DNA from: Rhizophagus irregularis
Lineage: Eukaryota
NCBI RefSeq assembly: GCF_026210795.1
Contig: NC_089433.1
Span: 496,001-560,000 of the forward strand
Reading direction: 5' to 3'
DNA: 64,000 nt
Of this stretch, positions 1 to 13,779 are shown piece after piece; the first letter of the stretch is position 1, and each line of letters begins with the position of its first letter. Made by a program: the position numbers and the translations under genes. Under the pieces are notes generated by a model. It saw nothing but the letters and a program-made list of their open reading frames with translations. It was not told the origin of the DNA and did no database searches.

Positions 1-272
1 AAATGATATAAAATTCATGATTATTGACGTTGATCATATACAGATATAATTTGAATTTTTTAATATTTCAATAAATTATTTTTTTTATTTTTAAACTCCA
101 TTAATTATGGACAGTCTTAACGTCTGTATATTTAAGTATTACTAATATAGTAAATTATAGTTTCAGGCATTTATTAACTTTTATATTGTAAACTATTAAC
201 AGCTTTTAAGCTCTAATATAAATAAAAAAAAAAGAAAAATAGGTATGCTTATAATAATTTAATTCTCTATAG

Positions 273-3200
273 ACCAAAGAATTTTAGGTAACAAATATAA
301 TATTTTGTAGGTCCTAAATATTACAAACCAAATCGAGCGTCGATAAATAAAAGAAATGCTAAAAAAATCATAATTCAAAAGTATCAAAAAGGATATAAAA
401 GGTTTAGAATAAATAAAAATGTAACTGTGAAAGATGAAAAAGTTGAATGGGAAGACATCGACGAAAATAAATTACACACACACTGTGTAAATGGCCAAAA
501 TTTTAATGCAGCAAAAGGTTTATATCGCAATGCACAGAAAAAGCTTATTGATAATTGGAAAGAGATTTTACCTAGACTATTTAATGTAATGATTGAGAAT
601 AATGCCCTGGATAAGGACCGCAATTGTATTAAATGCAAGAAACCTGCCACATTCCGTTGCATGGATTGTGGATCTGATGTATATTTTTGCTCAGTCTGTG
701 AAGACTTATTCCATAATAACATTAATATTTTTCATCAGAGAATTTTATTAGATCAAGATAGCAATAGTAATCACAATAGGACGTTAAAATTGCCTCAAAT
801 CTGTTCTGAAAACTGTGAACATCAAGCTTTCAAAATATTAGTAGTTCATTTAAAAGGTAAATAAGTTAATGAGTTAATGTTATTGATATTATTTATATTT
901 CTATTAATGAAATAAAAATAATTTAAATAGGACAATTTTCAGTGAACATTCCAGGTTGTAAAGGAATTGTTGAAACGCTAATTAAGCATAAACTATTTCC
1001 TTCTACACCTGTTAATCCAAATGTTGCATTTACATTTGAACTTCTTGATCTTTACGCAGAATTATTACTACAAGCACACGTTCCCTATCATTCTTTTTGT
1101 CGAGTTTTAGATGCACTTCATTCCTCTCAAAATATTAATAAAGTAAGTTCAATATAATTAATTATTTTTAGTTTTAATTTTATTATTACATGATTCTGAA
1201 TAATTACCATTTAATTATTTAATTTTACAACTTTCTAAATTTTCTTCAATTTTGATACTATTTGATATTATATATTATAGAATATTTACTATCTATTCAC
1301 GTCTACTGCTCATTACTATTTAGCAATTAAAAATCAAATCAAAAATACTGTTACAAGTATGCTCAAAAAAAATTATGATTTTAATTGCCCAGCATGTCCG
1401 CAGGTATTTATTCTAGATAATTTACTGTAGATTGGTTGTCTTATATTGTATTTCTAAATGTTATTTTCTTTTAATAATCATAGCCAAATGAAAAAAATGC
1501 AAAAATAATAGTTGCACTGGATGGAAACTTCCAACTAAGAAGATTAAAATGTGCTGGAAATGATATCAATGATCAATTAGTTAAAGATCAATTTATTATA
1601 AAGCAAAAACAATTTGATGAATGGATGATTACACATGATTCATCTCGAAATAAATCTACTAAGAATCAAGTATGTAAAAAACTGTAGTTATATTGTTTTA
1701 TATTTGTATTTTTATAATTTTATAACAATTTTTTTATTTCAAGGAAACTGCGTGTGACAGTTATTTTAAAGCAGCTGATCAAGCCCGTTCTAATATAAAA
1801 TCAAAACATTTAGATGATACAGGATTATTTGGTAGCACATGTAGGCATGGAATACCATTAAAGTTTATTAATCTAAAAGGAATTGGAGAAAGGTAAAAAC
1901 GTAAAATTATTTATTACTTTATTCATTCAATTAAGCTTAATTAATTATGTATATGGCTTTATCATTATAGGTTTTCGCTAGCAGAATGCCTTCTTTATCA
2001 ATTACAAGATACTTTTAACGAAAGTTCTCAATCATTTGTTGTTTTATATGATATTGCATGTTCTTTTCATGCACATATAAATAAAAGTGAGAGTGCCCTT
2101 TTTCAGTTTAAATCTCGCTTTGATTGGTGTATATCTATATTTCATGCATTCGCCCATTCAATGAAATGTCAGCTTAAATATCATCCAAGAATTTGTTCGT
2201 CAATTGGATTAACTGATGGTGAAAGTCTTGAACGATTATGGTCCTATCTTGGCCGCTTTGCTTTAACAACCAAATATATGAGACCATCACATAGACTAGA
2301 TATTTTAGAATTAGCAATTCAAAATATTAGTCAAAGAATGATAAATAACTTAGGCAAGTGATTTATTTATATAACTATTTCTCTTTATTAATATCTTGGG
2401 CATCTTGCAACTTTTGGATTTTCTTTTCAGTTTCATTATTATCTTAACATCTATTTGATTGATTATAACAAATAATTATGTATTTTTCATTGTAATCTTA
2501 TTAGCATATTCTTTAGCGAAACGTTTTCACCGTGCAAAAAAACTAAGTTTGGATTCTAAAATATCTTTAGAAGAATTGAATAAACAACATGGTATAGACG
2601 AAAGCAAAATTCTTATTGCAATTGAAAATCAGAAAAAAAATATTGGTATGAATGAAGTATTTATTTTTAATAATAATATTAAATATATTTATTAATTAAA
2701 TTTTTTTTTTAGTTTTTAAAGAGCAATTAATGGGAAAAGAACAATATTTTTCATATTTAATGGATTATCACAAGTATAAGTACATATTAAATATTGTATT
2801 ATTCAATAATATTTTAAATTATATACTCATTTATAATTTTTCAATCTCATATAATAGTATTCAAATAGAAGAATCCAAATTAGAAAGATCAAAAGCATCA
2901 TTAATAAAATCAAAAGACATGTGTCTTAAAAAAATCAAAGAATGCGAAGAAAATTTGGATATTCTTGAATTTGATCGATGGAACCCATTTGATCCAAAGT
3001 ATAGCAATTACCTTGATGATTATTGTAGGCGTAATTTAGATTTAATATCAGATAAATTAAGAAAACTACGTAATGAATATATTTTTAACACCTCACAATT
3101 GTATAATACGGATCATAAAGGTAAGCATTTAGTATGATAAGATTTATTTTAACAATTTTATAATTTCCATTTTATTTTTTTTTTTGAAAAAAAAATAGGA

Positions 3201-3967
3201 CATAAATTGGCATCAAAAATAAAGATTGAAGTTAGTAAAATTTCCAAGCAAATCGAAGTACAAATCTTGCATTACCAACATTTAAGATCAAATTGGTCGT
3301 CTAAACTAGCTGATAACTTTCCTAAAGCAACTTTTAATGATATAGTTAATCATGGATCTAATTTTTGGAAATCATTAGACTTAGCAGTCGATAACGATAC
3401 TAATATACCACGAATTGTTATCAATCATTCAATTCAACATTTTAATAATTTTAAACGAGCTGAAGAAGAGATCAATTTAATTCCAATTGAATTAAATAGA
3501 CTATACACTTTTTGGATTAATCAAAAATTGGAAATTGTAAAGATACTGCAACAACTTGAAATAACTAATAATCTATTTGAGGAAAGTATTTATTATTTAC
3601 AGTGCACAAAATTTTTTAATTATAATACAGTATCTTATATAATTATATATATTTATTTATTTAGAAAGGTATAGTTTATATTTTAAAAGGCTACTATGAA
3701 AAAATAAAAAAAAATATAAAACAATGTCAGGATGCTTTTTTGAAAATTAATGAAACTAGCGTAAGGGGTGAAAGCAAAAATTTAAATCCATCAATATATA
3801 TATCAATGAATGAAAAAGAAGAAGATAGACTTTCAAGAGAAAATCTAGAATTAGAAAATTTAGAAATTCAGATTGAAGGTGAAGATTATGAAGGCGAAGG
3901 TTACGAAAGTGAAAGTGAAGGTGAAGAAATTTACGAAGATGAGGATAAAGATATTAATATGCAATAA
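273..3967 (+). CDS. Multi-exon KDZ (Kyakuja-Dileera-Zisupton) transposase with N-terminal B-box-like Zn finger and CxC-type domain; 5' end uncertain
   Basis: ORF pieces joined by GT-AG introns (e.g. exons 311-856, 931-1142, 1281-1403). Translation gives CxxC..CxxC..CxxC..H, LFPSTP..AFTFELL, CPAC, VALDGNFQL, CRHG, YDIAC, FHAFAH and GLTDGESLERLWS, the typical KDZ core motifs. Acidic tail ends at TAA 3967. Confidence 0.85.
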
Positions 3968-4998
3968 TCAAATTATTAAATAAATTGTTATATTAAGAAT
4001 TATTACTAAATAATTATGATCACCTAATTATTATAATTTATAATTTATAATGATGATTGAATAATGTAATTTTGACAAATTATGTTTGATACATTACGTT
4101 TATTAATTTATGTTACACAAATTTTGTAACGAAATGAAAAAACTCTTGATATTGGGTTAAAATTTTCATTAAAGCTTCGTTAAACTAAACAAAAATCCAG
4201 TGAATCATATCTATTAAATAAGAAAGTAAATTAAATAAAAATAGTTATATATTTTATAAAATCAAAATAAAAAAAATAAAACGCAAAAAATATTAAAATA
4301 TTATAAAATTAAACTCTTAAATAAATTTAAAAGACTTCAAATTTCTTTTAAAGCTTGATTTACTTAAAAAAAATGTACTTACTTTATTGGTTTAAAAATA
4401 AATTCTCAACTAATTCCCAACTTGTAGACGAAACAGTATGTTCCAATTTGCCGATCACTTTATTTATTTTATTTTATTACACAAAATTACATATATACCC
4501 ATGATTATATCATATGATTATAGTGTGCATTATATTTAGTTAATGCGCCATATGATTTATGACCAATTATCGAATAATTGTAATAGTAGTCAAATAATTA
4601 ATTTTTTTTGCCACATAATTTCTTTTAATAATCTTAATAAATATCAATAATATTATAATAAAATGAATATAATTTGCGATCAGATAAATTGTGTATGAAT
4701 CAATTAATCAATAAAATAAATAACATGGGTTTCCCTATATGTTGCTATTAGAGAAAGAGTTTAATGACATAAAGCACAAGTACAGGAATAATGAATGTAA
4801 TAGGTTGATGGTGAATTACAGTTTATAAAATTTTTTAGTTTGCTAAATTCATTTATCTTTTGAAATAAAAAATGAAAGAGTTCCAAAATGCTATTATGTA
4901 AACTTTTTTTTAAATTTTAAAATATGACAGTCAAAACAATAGCACAAAGTTTACTAAACTCTCTTATTAATTTCATTACACGTATCTCTACATGTACA

Positions 4999-6394
4999 TT
5001 AATTTTCAGTAAAGTGGATATCATTCAATGCATTCAATACTTTAACTTTATCATTTTCAGTAAGGTTAGCATAATCCACAAATTCAACCTTATGTGGCCA
5101 ACCGTGTAACTGATATTTAGTTTGAAGCTGCCAATTTTTATAAGGTATCAATTCTTTACCAGTTGCCATACCTGTCAAATATATATGTATGTTTTTTTTA
5201 AAAAAAAAATCTTAATTACTTGAAATCTTTTTTAAAATCATATATATATATATAATATTTACTTACGAAATTTTTCACGTAAAATCTGTCTAACATTATC
5301 TCTAGTTTTTTTACTATTAACACTTACATCCTTAATCTGAATAGCATTAACATCATGAGACATTTCAATATTATTAATAACCTTGTCTCTTTCTATCAAA
5401 TAAAATAGTAAGAAAAATATTGAATATATATTAAAACATTTATTTATTATTAAAAGACGCACCTGCTTTTTTTAAAGTGGAATAACTTTGAAAAACAGTT
5501 AAAATCTGATCAAGCGTATCACACTGAGCGTAAAAGTCCTCACCGACTTTAGTTCCAAACCAATTTGGATTAATACCATCAACATACGAAACTGCAATGC
5601 TTAAAATATCAACACCACATGAGCTATACAGTGTTTTATACTATAATAAAATATCCAGAATGTTAAAATAATTAAAAAAAAAAGATAAAATAAAAATATG
5701 CCCAGAATATAAATATAACTAACAATTTTTCGAAGTTCCTTAATTTGCTTATTGATTTCGATTTTTCTTTTATTGAGATCTTTGATAAGGCCTGTTTTAT
5801 TTAAACTACGACATTCATTCATCTTATCAGCAGCTTGAGTATACTGCTCTTTTTTTTCTGCATCAAGGTCATTCCACTCCATTGCACACTTTTGTTGAGC
5901 ATTTGGTGACATAACACTTACTAAAAAATAAAAGGTATAAATTAAATTTATTGATTGCAAAATCCTTAAAATTAAAAATTAACCTACATTCCTGGTTCTC
6001 TTGCCACCATTCTACCTGCCAAGCATTCCACGCACTACATTTTCTAAGTTTTTTGAAAGCTGGTTCACGAAAGTCTTTCAGGATATTCTATATAAAAAAT
6101 TATTATTAATTCAAATATAATAATTGTCATATAATCTTCAATAAAATCATAATACTTTAACAAATTCAGGTTCCATATTGCATTCTTCTGCTAAGTGCAT
6201 TACTTCAATATCATATTTCATTTGCAACATCGCAATTTTATCTAATTTTTCTTTCGTTAATCCTATAAGTTCATATAAAATATAAAAAAAAGATTATACA
6301 AAATTATTTATTGTTTCATAAATATATATATATATATATACATATCTAAATTTGTATTACTGCTACTAAAATATTAAACACCTTCTTGTTCCAT
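4999..6394 (-). CDS. Multi-exon HMG-box-like protein convergent with the KDZ transposase (probable transposon accessory gene)
   Basis: Manual splicing gives ATG at 6394, MEQEGLTKEKLDK...RKCSAWNAWQVEWW...AMEWNDLDAEKKEQYTQAA (HMG-like helix 3)...IPYKNW...LHGWP...IHFTEN and stop at 4999-5001. Canonical intron signals; some internal boundaries are ambiguous. Confidence 0.7.
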
Positions 6395-6999
6395 GATGAC
6401 AGATAAAAATTTTGAAGGTAAATTTATATTTTAATGTAACCACGTAAACACTATTTAAAATAAATTCTGTGTAACATAAAATACGTAATGAAATTTTAGG
6501 GTCTACTATTGTATTTGATAATGAATATTACGTGATAATATATAAAGGGTCTGAAACTAAAAATTTTAATTTAGAGAATACTGTGCAATTAAACAATTAA
6601 AACTCAGGCTGATTTACAAATTTGGCTGATAAGAAACTGCTTGTAAATAATTTTTTGATAAGAATTATAATGGATTTGATTGGCTGATAATAATCATCAG
6701 ATTGGAATTATGAAATTTGATTGGCTGATAATAATCATGTGACTGGACAAATTTTGGTGAAGAAATTACAAAATTATATTCCATAATGCTGGCTGCACAG
6801 CATAAAAATTTCCTTTTTGAAATATTGTGAAACCTAAATCATGTTATTTTTGCAAGAACCAAAAAAATTTTCCTTTTTTAGATTTAAAGTAACTTCACGT
6901 GATAAAGTGCTTAATGGTATGCAGGTAAACAGTTTTTGCAATAAATAGAACGATTTGGCCAGAATTACATTTAATTCGGGCCGGTGGTCAAACTATGTA

Positions 7000-8565
7000 A
7001 TTTATAAGCTGAAAGTTTCTGCACAAAATTTCAGCTAAGAAACTGCCCATGGGATAAATGCCCATGAAATTTGATTGGTTGGATTTAAATGATAAAGTTT
7101 ATAAGCTGAAAATTTGTGCAGAAAATCTCAGCTAAGAAACTGCCCATGGGCGAAATCTGCCATGGAATTTGATTGGTTCATATAAAATGGACAATTTTGT
7201 CCATGACTTGATGAAATTTGATTGGCTCATATAAAATGGACAATTTTGTCCATGATTTGATGAAATTTGATTGGCTCATATAAAACGGACAATTTTGTCT
7301 ATTATTTGATAAAATTTGATTGGTTCATATAAAACGGACAACTTTGTCCATGATTTGATGAAATTTGATTGGCTCATATAAAACAGACAATTTTGTCCAG
7401 CCAAATTAACTTAATTCTGGCTGTTCACATTAATTTTGGCCAGAAATTACCGCATATTAGGTAAATGATTTGATGAAATTTGATTGGCTCATATAAAACG
7501 GACAATTTTGTCCATGATTTGATGAAATTTGATTGGCTCATATAAAATGGACAATTTTGTCCATGATTTGATGAAATTTGATTGGCTCATATAAAACAGA
7601 CAATTTTGTCCAGCCAAATTAACTTAATTCTGGCTGTTCACATTAATTTTGGCCAGAAATTACCGCATATTAGGTAAATGATTTGATGAAATTTGATTGG
7701 CTCATATAAAACGGACAATTTTGTCCATGATTTGATGAAATTTGATTGGCTCATATAAAACGGACAATTTTGTCCATGATTTGATGAAATTTGATTGGCT
7801 CATATAAAACGGACAATTTTGTCATGATTTGATGAAATTTGATTGGTCATATAAAATGGACAATTTTGTCCATGATTTGATGAAATTTGATTGGCTCATA
7901 TAAAACGGACAATTTTGTCCATGATTTGATGAAATTTGATTGGCTCATATAAAATGGACAATTTTGTCCATGATTTGATGAAATTTGATTGGCTCATTTA
8001 AAATGGACAATTTTGTCCATGATTTGATGAAATTTGATTGGTTCATATAAAATGGACAATTTTGTCCATGATTTGATGAAATTTGATTGGCTCATTTAAA
8101 GCGGACAATTTTGTCTATTAGGTAAATGATTTGATGAAATTTGATTGGTTCATTTGAAATGGACAATTTTGTCCAGCCAAAATAACTTAATTCTGGCCGG
8201 TTACCTTAATTTTGGCCAGAAATTACTGCGCATTTGGTAAAGGAATTGATGGAATTTAATTGGACGAATTATTATACAGAAACTGGTCGACCAGAATTAG
8301 CTTAATTCTGGCTATAATGATTTCAACTTCAGTCAGAATTACTGTGTAACCTTAATTTTTTTTTGACTTTTTTTGGTTATTAGGTAGTACAAAATTTATA
8401 TCAATGCAATCCTCACATGCTGGTTTATAGGCAAATCTGCATTCAGTTACCTTATTTGGCCGATATATACCAATTAAGTATTAGCCAATCAAATCCCATG
8501 GGCAAATCTGCCCATGGGCAGTTTCTTAGCTGAGGTTTTGTGCACGAAGTTTCAGCTTATAAACT
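7000..8565. repeat. ~85-bp inverted repeats flanking the 49-bp array (two direct copies left, one inverted copy right)
   Basis: TTATAAGCTGAAA...CAGCTAAGAAACTGCCCATGGG at ~7002 and ~7099; its reverse complement at ~8483-8563. Confidence 0.85.
7160..8240. repeat. Tandem array of 49-bp units with periodic ~65-bp inserts
   Basis: Unit CATGATTTGATGAAATTTGATTGGCTCATATAAAATGGACAATTTTGTC (starts 7202, 7251...). Contains the palindrome ATGGACAA-TT-TTGTCCAT. Insert CAGCCAAATTAACTTAATTCTGGCTG... occurs at ~7398, 7611 and 8174. Confidence 0.95.
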
Positions 8566-8631
8566 ATGTCGATCATTTGGATTGGGTGCCTACCACTAAC
8601 TATGCCACCAAATAAGAATCAAGTTCACAAT

Positions 8632-8926
8632 TCCTATAAAAAAAGAAAATTCAGAATTTGTCCTGAAAAGTATGGAAAATGTCCAAAAATTTTCTGTACA
8701 TCCAAAAAATATTCGGAAACGGTCATGTTTTGGAACATTTTCCAGATGCTCGATTCTGGACAAATTCTGGACAAATTCTGGAGTGTTAAGAAAATATCTG
8801 GAATTTGTACGTCCAGAAAGTGTTCCAAAACATGACCATTTCTGAATGTTTTCTGGATGCATGGAAAATTTCTGGACATTTTTCATACTTTTTAGGACAA
8901 ATTCTGAATTTTCTTTTTTTATAGGG
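8632..8926. mobile_element. MITE (~295 bp), long TIRs, 3-bp TSD AAT; CMC/EnSpm-like by termini
   Basis: Left (T)CCTATAAAAAAAGAAAATTCAGAATTTGTCC, right GGACAAATTCTGAATTTTCTTTTTTTATAGGG. AAT at 8629-8631 and 8927-8929. Confidence 0.8.
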
Positions 8927-9619
8927 AATCTTTAAGAGTAGCTCCAAATAATGCTTTACTACCTATGCAATATTATTAACAAGTATCTCATCTATCTTTA
9001 TTAACTCATTCTCAAAAAGTTTATTTCTTAGTTCTAATAAATTTCCATTCCTTCCAAAAGGTATTTACTATATGCCGATAGTAAAAGCTATTTATTAGGT
9101 ATTATTCAACAAGTTTTTCTATTGTATGTGAACAATAGAAGGTGATTCTCAGAGCATGCACTATTTGCAATAACAGCTTCTACCACTCTGGAATTTGTTC
9201 AATTCATAAAGTCATAAAATTTATAATTTAATAAAAAGTTTATTCTTTATTATGTAAGAATATGTCATTATAACATAATTATTTATTAAATATAAATAAT
9301 ATAATAGTAAAATTTGTCAAAATATTATAAAATAATTATAAAAATTAAAAAGAATTGTTCAAAGAAAAGGAGTTAAAAAGGAACTAATCATAGGAATATA
9401 AGCATGTCATTAATAAGCTAATAGATAACGATTTCATGATAAAAGCAACTGTCAATATAAAATGGAAAAAATAAAACAGTTCACTTTATTTTAACAACTT
9501 ATACTTTTTTTCATGTGATCAAATGCCATTCATGGATTGCTGAAAAGTTGAAAATGCTTTGGCATTCAGTCCAATGCCACTTCCAATTCCAATAAAATTA
9601 TTAGAAGCTTATATAAATA

Positions 9620-11284
9620 TCTATATAATATAATAAAAAAATACATGTCGATCTTCTAACGTTTAGATTAAGTCTGTATAAATAATCTTGAATTGTGTAG
9701 CATGATTCAGTGCCTGATTTAAACTTAAAAGTTAAGGCCATTTATTTGATCGGCAAATGTATAGATTTTTTTAACTTAGCTAATTTTTGATCAGTTAAAC
9801 AAAATTTTATTGTGAAGGTATTTTTTAAAAAATTTTTTTTGCAAACATATTTATTCAAAATAATCTTATTAAATGAAATTTTTTAAAATTTAAGTCCCAC
9901 ATTTTCGATTTTAAAGAAAAAAATCACTGTATTTATTTTTAATGAAGTGATACAATAAAAAAAACAATAACAATAAATAAAAAAGATAAGTAAATGACAA
10001 TGATCAAAGAGAAAGATGCAAATAAAAAAAATGAAATAACAATGGAGTAATGGAAAGTAATAGAAGAAGAAAGGGAGTAAAAAAGAGTAATGAGAAGTGA
10101 TAGGAAACAAAAAGGAAAATAGGACATGATGGATGATGAAAAAGAGTGATGGGAGATGAAGAGGAGTGATGGGAAGATGAAGAGGAGTAATGGAAGATGA
10201 AAAGGAGTGATGGGAAGATGAAGAGGGGTTATGGGAGACTAAAAGGAGTGATTGTAGACGAAGAGAAGTGAAAAGGAGTAATGGGTGACGAATAGGAGTG
10301 ATGGGTGACGAAAAGAAGTGATGGAAGATGAAGAGGAGTGATGGGAGACAAATAGGAGTGATTAGAGACAAAATGTAGTGATGAGGGATGAAGAGGAGTG
10401 ATGGGAAACGAACTGAAAAGGATTGATGGGAGACGAAAAAAAGTGATAGAAGACAAAAGAAGTAATTGGAGATGAAAAGAAGTGATAGGAGATGAAAAGG
10501 AGTAATGGGAGATGAAAAGGAGTAATGGGAGATGAAAAAAAGTGATGGAAGACAAAAAAAGTGATGGGAGACGAAAAGGAGTAATGAGAAACGAAAAAAA
10601 GTAATGGAAGACAAAAGAAGTGATGGGAGACGAAAAGAAAAGATGGAAGACAAAGAGGAATGATGAAAGATAAAAAGAAGTGATAAGAGACGAAAAGAAG
10701 TAATGGAAATGAAAAGAAGTGATTGAGAGACAAAAGAAATGATGGGAAGTAAATAGGAGAGAAAATGAAATAATGGAAAATGAAGATGTAATAGAAATAA
10801 TGGGAGACAAATAATGAGAAGTAGTATAAAGTGAAAAATGATGAGAGACAAAAATAAAAAAGTGATCATGAGGAAACAAAGTAAAAAATAAACCATAAAG
10901 TAAACAAAAAATGAAGTTAGTAAGAAATGAAATATAAGATAAAAATGAAATAAAAAAAAAATAAATAAAAAAAATACCTTTATTAATTGTAGAACTGAAA
11001 GAATTAAAATATCTGAAAAAAAATAAAATAAATTAGTGAAAAATGAAATATGAAACAGAAACAAAATAAAAAATAAAAAAATTAGTAAGAAACGAAATGT
11101 GAAGTGAAAAACAACTGAACCTTACTGGAAGAACTAAAGGACCTAAAAATGATGAAATAGAATTAAATATGTAAATTATATAGATTATATAAATTTATTA
11201 GTCTAACCTTACCATATTGTAAATATTTATTATCAAAATACTAAGAAGTTTTATCCCCGGTGCAGCACGACAGGTTACACCTAG
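9620..11284 (+). mobile_element. Non-autonomous Helitron carrying a minisatellite
   Basis: 5' A|TCTATATAATATAAT at 9620. 3' imperfect GC-rich hairpin CCCCGGTGCAGCACGACAGG, then CTAG (11281-11284) followed by T. No TSD. The 5' end is less certain than the 3' end. Confidence 0.65.
10040..10870. repeat. Purine-rich ~20-bp minisatellite
   Basis: Degenerate unit GTGATGGGAGACGAAAAGGA repeated dozens of times, e.g. 10501-10540. Confidence 0.9.
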
Positions 11285-12265
11285 TGTATATATAAAATAA
11301 TATTTATTGTGTTATTGAAATTGTGATTAAAAGGGATTGAAAGGTCAAGGAATTATTGGAAGCTTTTAAGAACATTGCTGAATGCCAAATTAAATGAAAT
11401 GCATGAATTGTTTGTCTTTCATTCCATTTATTAGGGTTTATAAAATGCTCATTTTCTTAAAAAATAACAAAAATTGTCAATAATAGACTTAAAAAGTTCA
11501 AAATTGATGCATCCAATTCAGGTTGGTACTCAAAATTTATTATATTTACATTCATACATTAAGTTTTCTTAGCAACTTGTACTGAAACTGAAAAGGAAAG
11601 GCTGGTTAAGGATGAACTGGCATTTCTGTTTGTTTTAAAACAATCAATTACGTTGAGGAGTAATAATAGGGTTAGTATATTCAAGAAAAATAAAATCCCA
11701 GATTTCCAAAGAGGAGAAAAGGTTATACAAAAGTATTTTATTAAAGAATGTGATGTTATTACAAGAGCATTCAAGGAAATACACTATAATGTCTTAAATG
11801 TACATAATTTTCCTCTTTTAGATATATGAAAGCCAGACTTTATTATTGTAAGCAAACAAGACCTACTTGATCCTCTTAACATTATGGTTATTAGTGAAAT
11901 TAGAGCAATTACTGCAAAATATGGGATGTTTTCAAATGAAGATATAGGTTATGAAGAGAAACTACTTCAATTGCAACTTTTCTGACCATTTATTTATGTT
12001 ATTTTTACAGATTGCCATGTTTTCATGTTAATTTTTATTACCAGAAATGGTAATGGTAATCTCAATTATAAATATATACCACTTGCAAATTTTGAATCAG
12101 ATAGTGGTTCACCAGCTATATTGGATGGCAGCAGCTTATTATGCTGTTATCTCAAAATCTGGAAACACTTGGCTGGATACCATCAACTTTACGCCATGAA
12201 GATAAAGAAATCAAATAGTAAGATCAATTGAAACAGAAAGGATTTTTGTAGGAATATATGCTGAT
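11285..12265 (+). pseudogene. Decayed PD-(D/E)xK-like (Crinkler/FunK1-type) nuclease-domain gene
   Basis: From 11821: DI*KPDFIIV...VISEIR...DIGYEEKLLQLQLF*PFIYVIFTDC. TGA stops sit where Arg (CGA) is expected. Confidence 0.5.
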
Positions 12266-12267
12266 GT

Positions 12268-12649
12268 CACAGGTCAAAAAGTGTCAAATCAGTCACCAAT
12301 CAGTCACCAATCGGGTGCCTGATTGATGTCTGGTTGATGCCTGATTTTACCAATCTGATACCAATCGGGCTGCCTGATTGATGCCTGATTTCTGCCAAAA
12401 TCTGACACCAATTGGTCACCTATCGGGCTGCCTGATTGTTGACAGATAGATGACCTATTGTTGACAGATAGGTGACCGATTGTTAACAGATAGGTGACCG
12501 ATTGGTGTTGGATAGGTGACCGATTGTTGACAGATAGGTGGGATAGTTGATAGATAGGTAACTGATAGATAGGTGGTGATAGGTACTAGAACTTTCATCC
12601 AACATTCGTCAATTTGAAATTTGAACAAAATGGACTATTTTGACCAGTG
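12268..12649. mobile_element. CACTG-type (CMC/EnSpm-like) MITE with internal inverted subterminal repeats
   Basis: Left CACAGGTCAAAAAGTGTC, right GGACTATTTTGACCAGTG. Left half has CACCAATC(G/A)G repeats, right half GGTGACCGATTG repeats. No clean TSD. Confidence 0.6.
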
Positions 12650-13779
12650 TTAGTCAGTAATGAATTTGGTGATATTAGTTTATTTGAACTATCAATACTA
12701 TTTAATCAATTAAAAATCATTTTATTTCCAAGATGAATTGTTTTTAGTTAGTGAATAAACATTTTATTAGTGATTTGTAATAATTAATTTAACAAAATTT
12801 ATCATTTATTAAGATATTTACTAAATTGCCAATGTGATCTATTAGTATTGTCCTATTTCAGTCAGTTTCTTTCATTCCAAAGCCACAAGAATAAACAAAA
12901 TGGTAGAAAAAGAAGTGGCTTGATTAATAATATTCAAAGAAAAGAAAAATAATATTGTAAATAAATGATTGTCAAAATGTTATTTACCAATAAAGTCATA
13001 AGATCAAACCTAAAATGGTAAATCAATTTTAGATTAGCAAACTAATATTATAGTTTAAAATAAAATTAGTTAATTAAAAAGAATTGTTTAAAATAAAATT
13101 GGTTAATTAAAAAAATTGGCAAAAAACAAATTAGTCATCAGTAAATATGCTGATCTACCAAATCAGCCGCATTTCCCATTAGTCACTGGGTAATCTGCAA
13201 TTTTTTTTTTTATAAAAATAACTTTAATTCATAAAAAAAATTACAAGCCTCTTCAGAATCAATATTTGAATCAGAGTCTGAATCTGAATCTGAATCAGAT
13301 ACTGAATCAGATACTGAATATAATACAATATAATAATAATGAACGGTCATTTAGGTCACACAAATTTCTAAAAAAGGTGATTTTTTTGGAAAAAGGAAAT
13401 TGTTTATTACACTAAAAATGATGTACATATATAAAATTATATTTGTTAAGGTAACACAAATCTCTTGGCGGACCATCCTTAATTATATTATGATAATGAG
13501 AGGAGATCTATCAAAAAAACTTAACATTCAAAATTATAAGACTAATCAAAAATTATCAAAAGAATTTACAAGAAAAAGAAGAGGCCATTCAGAATTATTG
13601 AAAGAGAAATGAAATTGATCAAACATTGCTAAAAGAAATACAAGAAAAATGAAAATAATCAGAAATCATTAAAAGAGATATAAGAGATATTGTAAAACAA
13701 ACAAAGATATAAAAGAAACAATAGTAAGTATTATTTATAACTTGATTCACTAGAAACATAAAATAATTATAATCAATCA

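Noticed and set aside
7160..8240. CRISPR-like array
   Set aside because: Units are contiguous with no unique spacers, the inserts are themselves repeated, there are no cas genes, and the context is eukaryotic.
8566..8886. Three short overlapping ORFs
   Set aside because: They lie across a palindromic MITE and have no protein motifs.
9883..11064. 393-aa and overlapping hydrophobic ORFs
   Set aside because: Artefacts of the pyrimidine strand of the 20-bp minisatellite, which is open in several frames.
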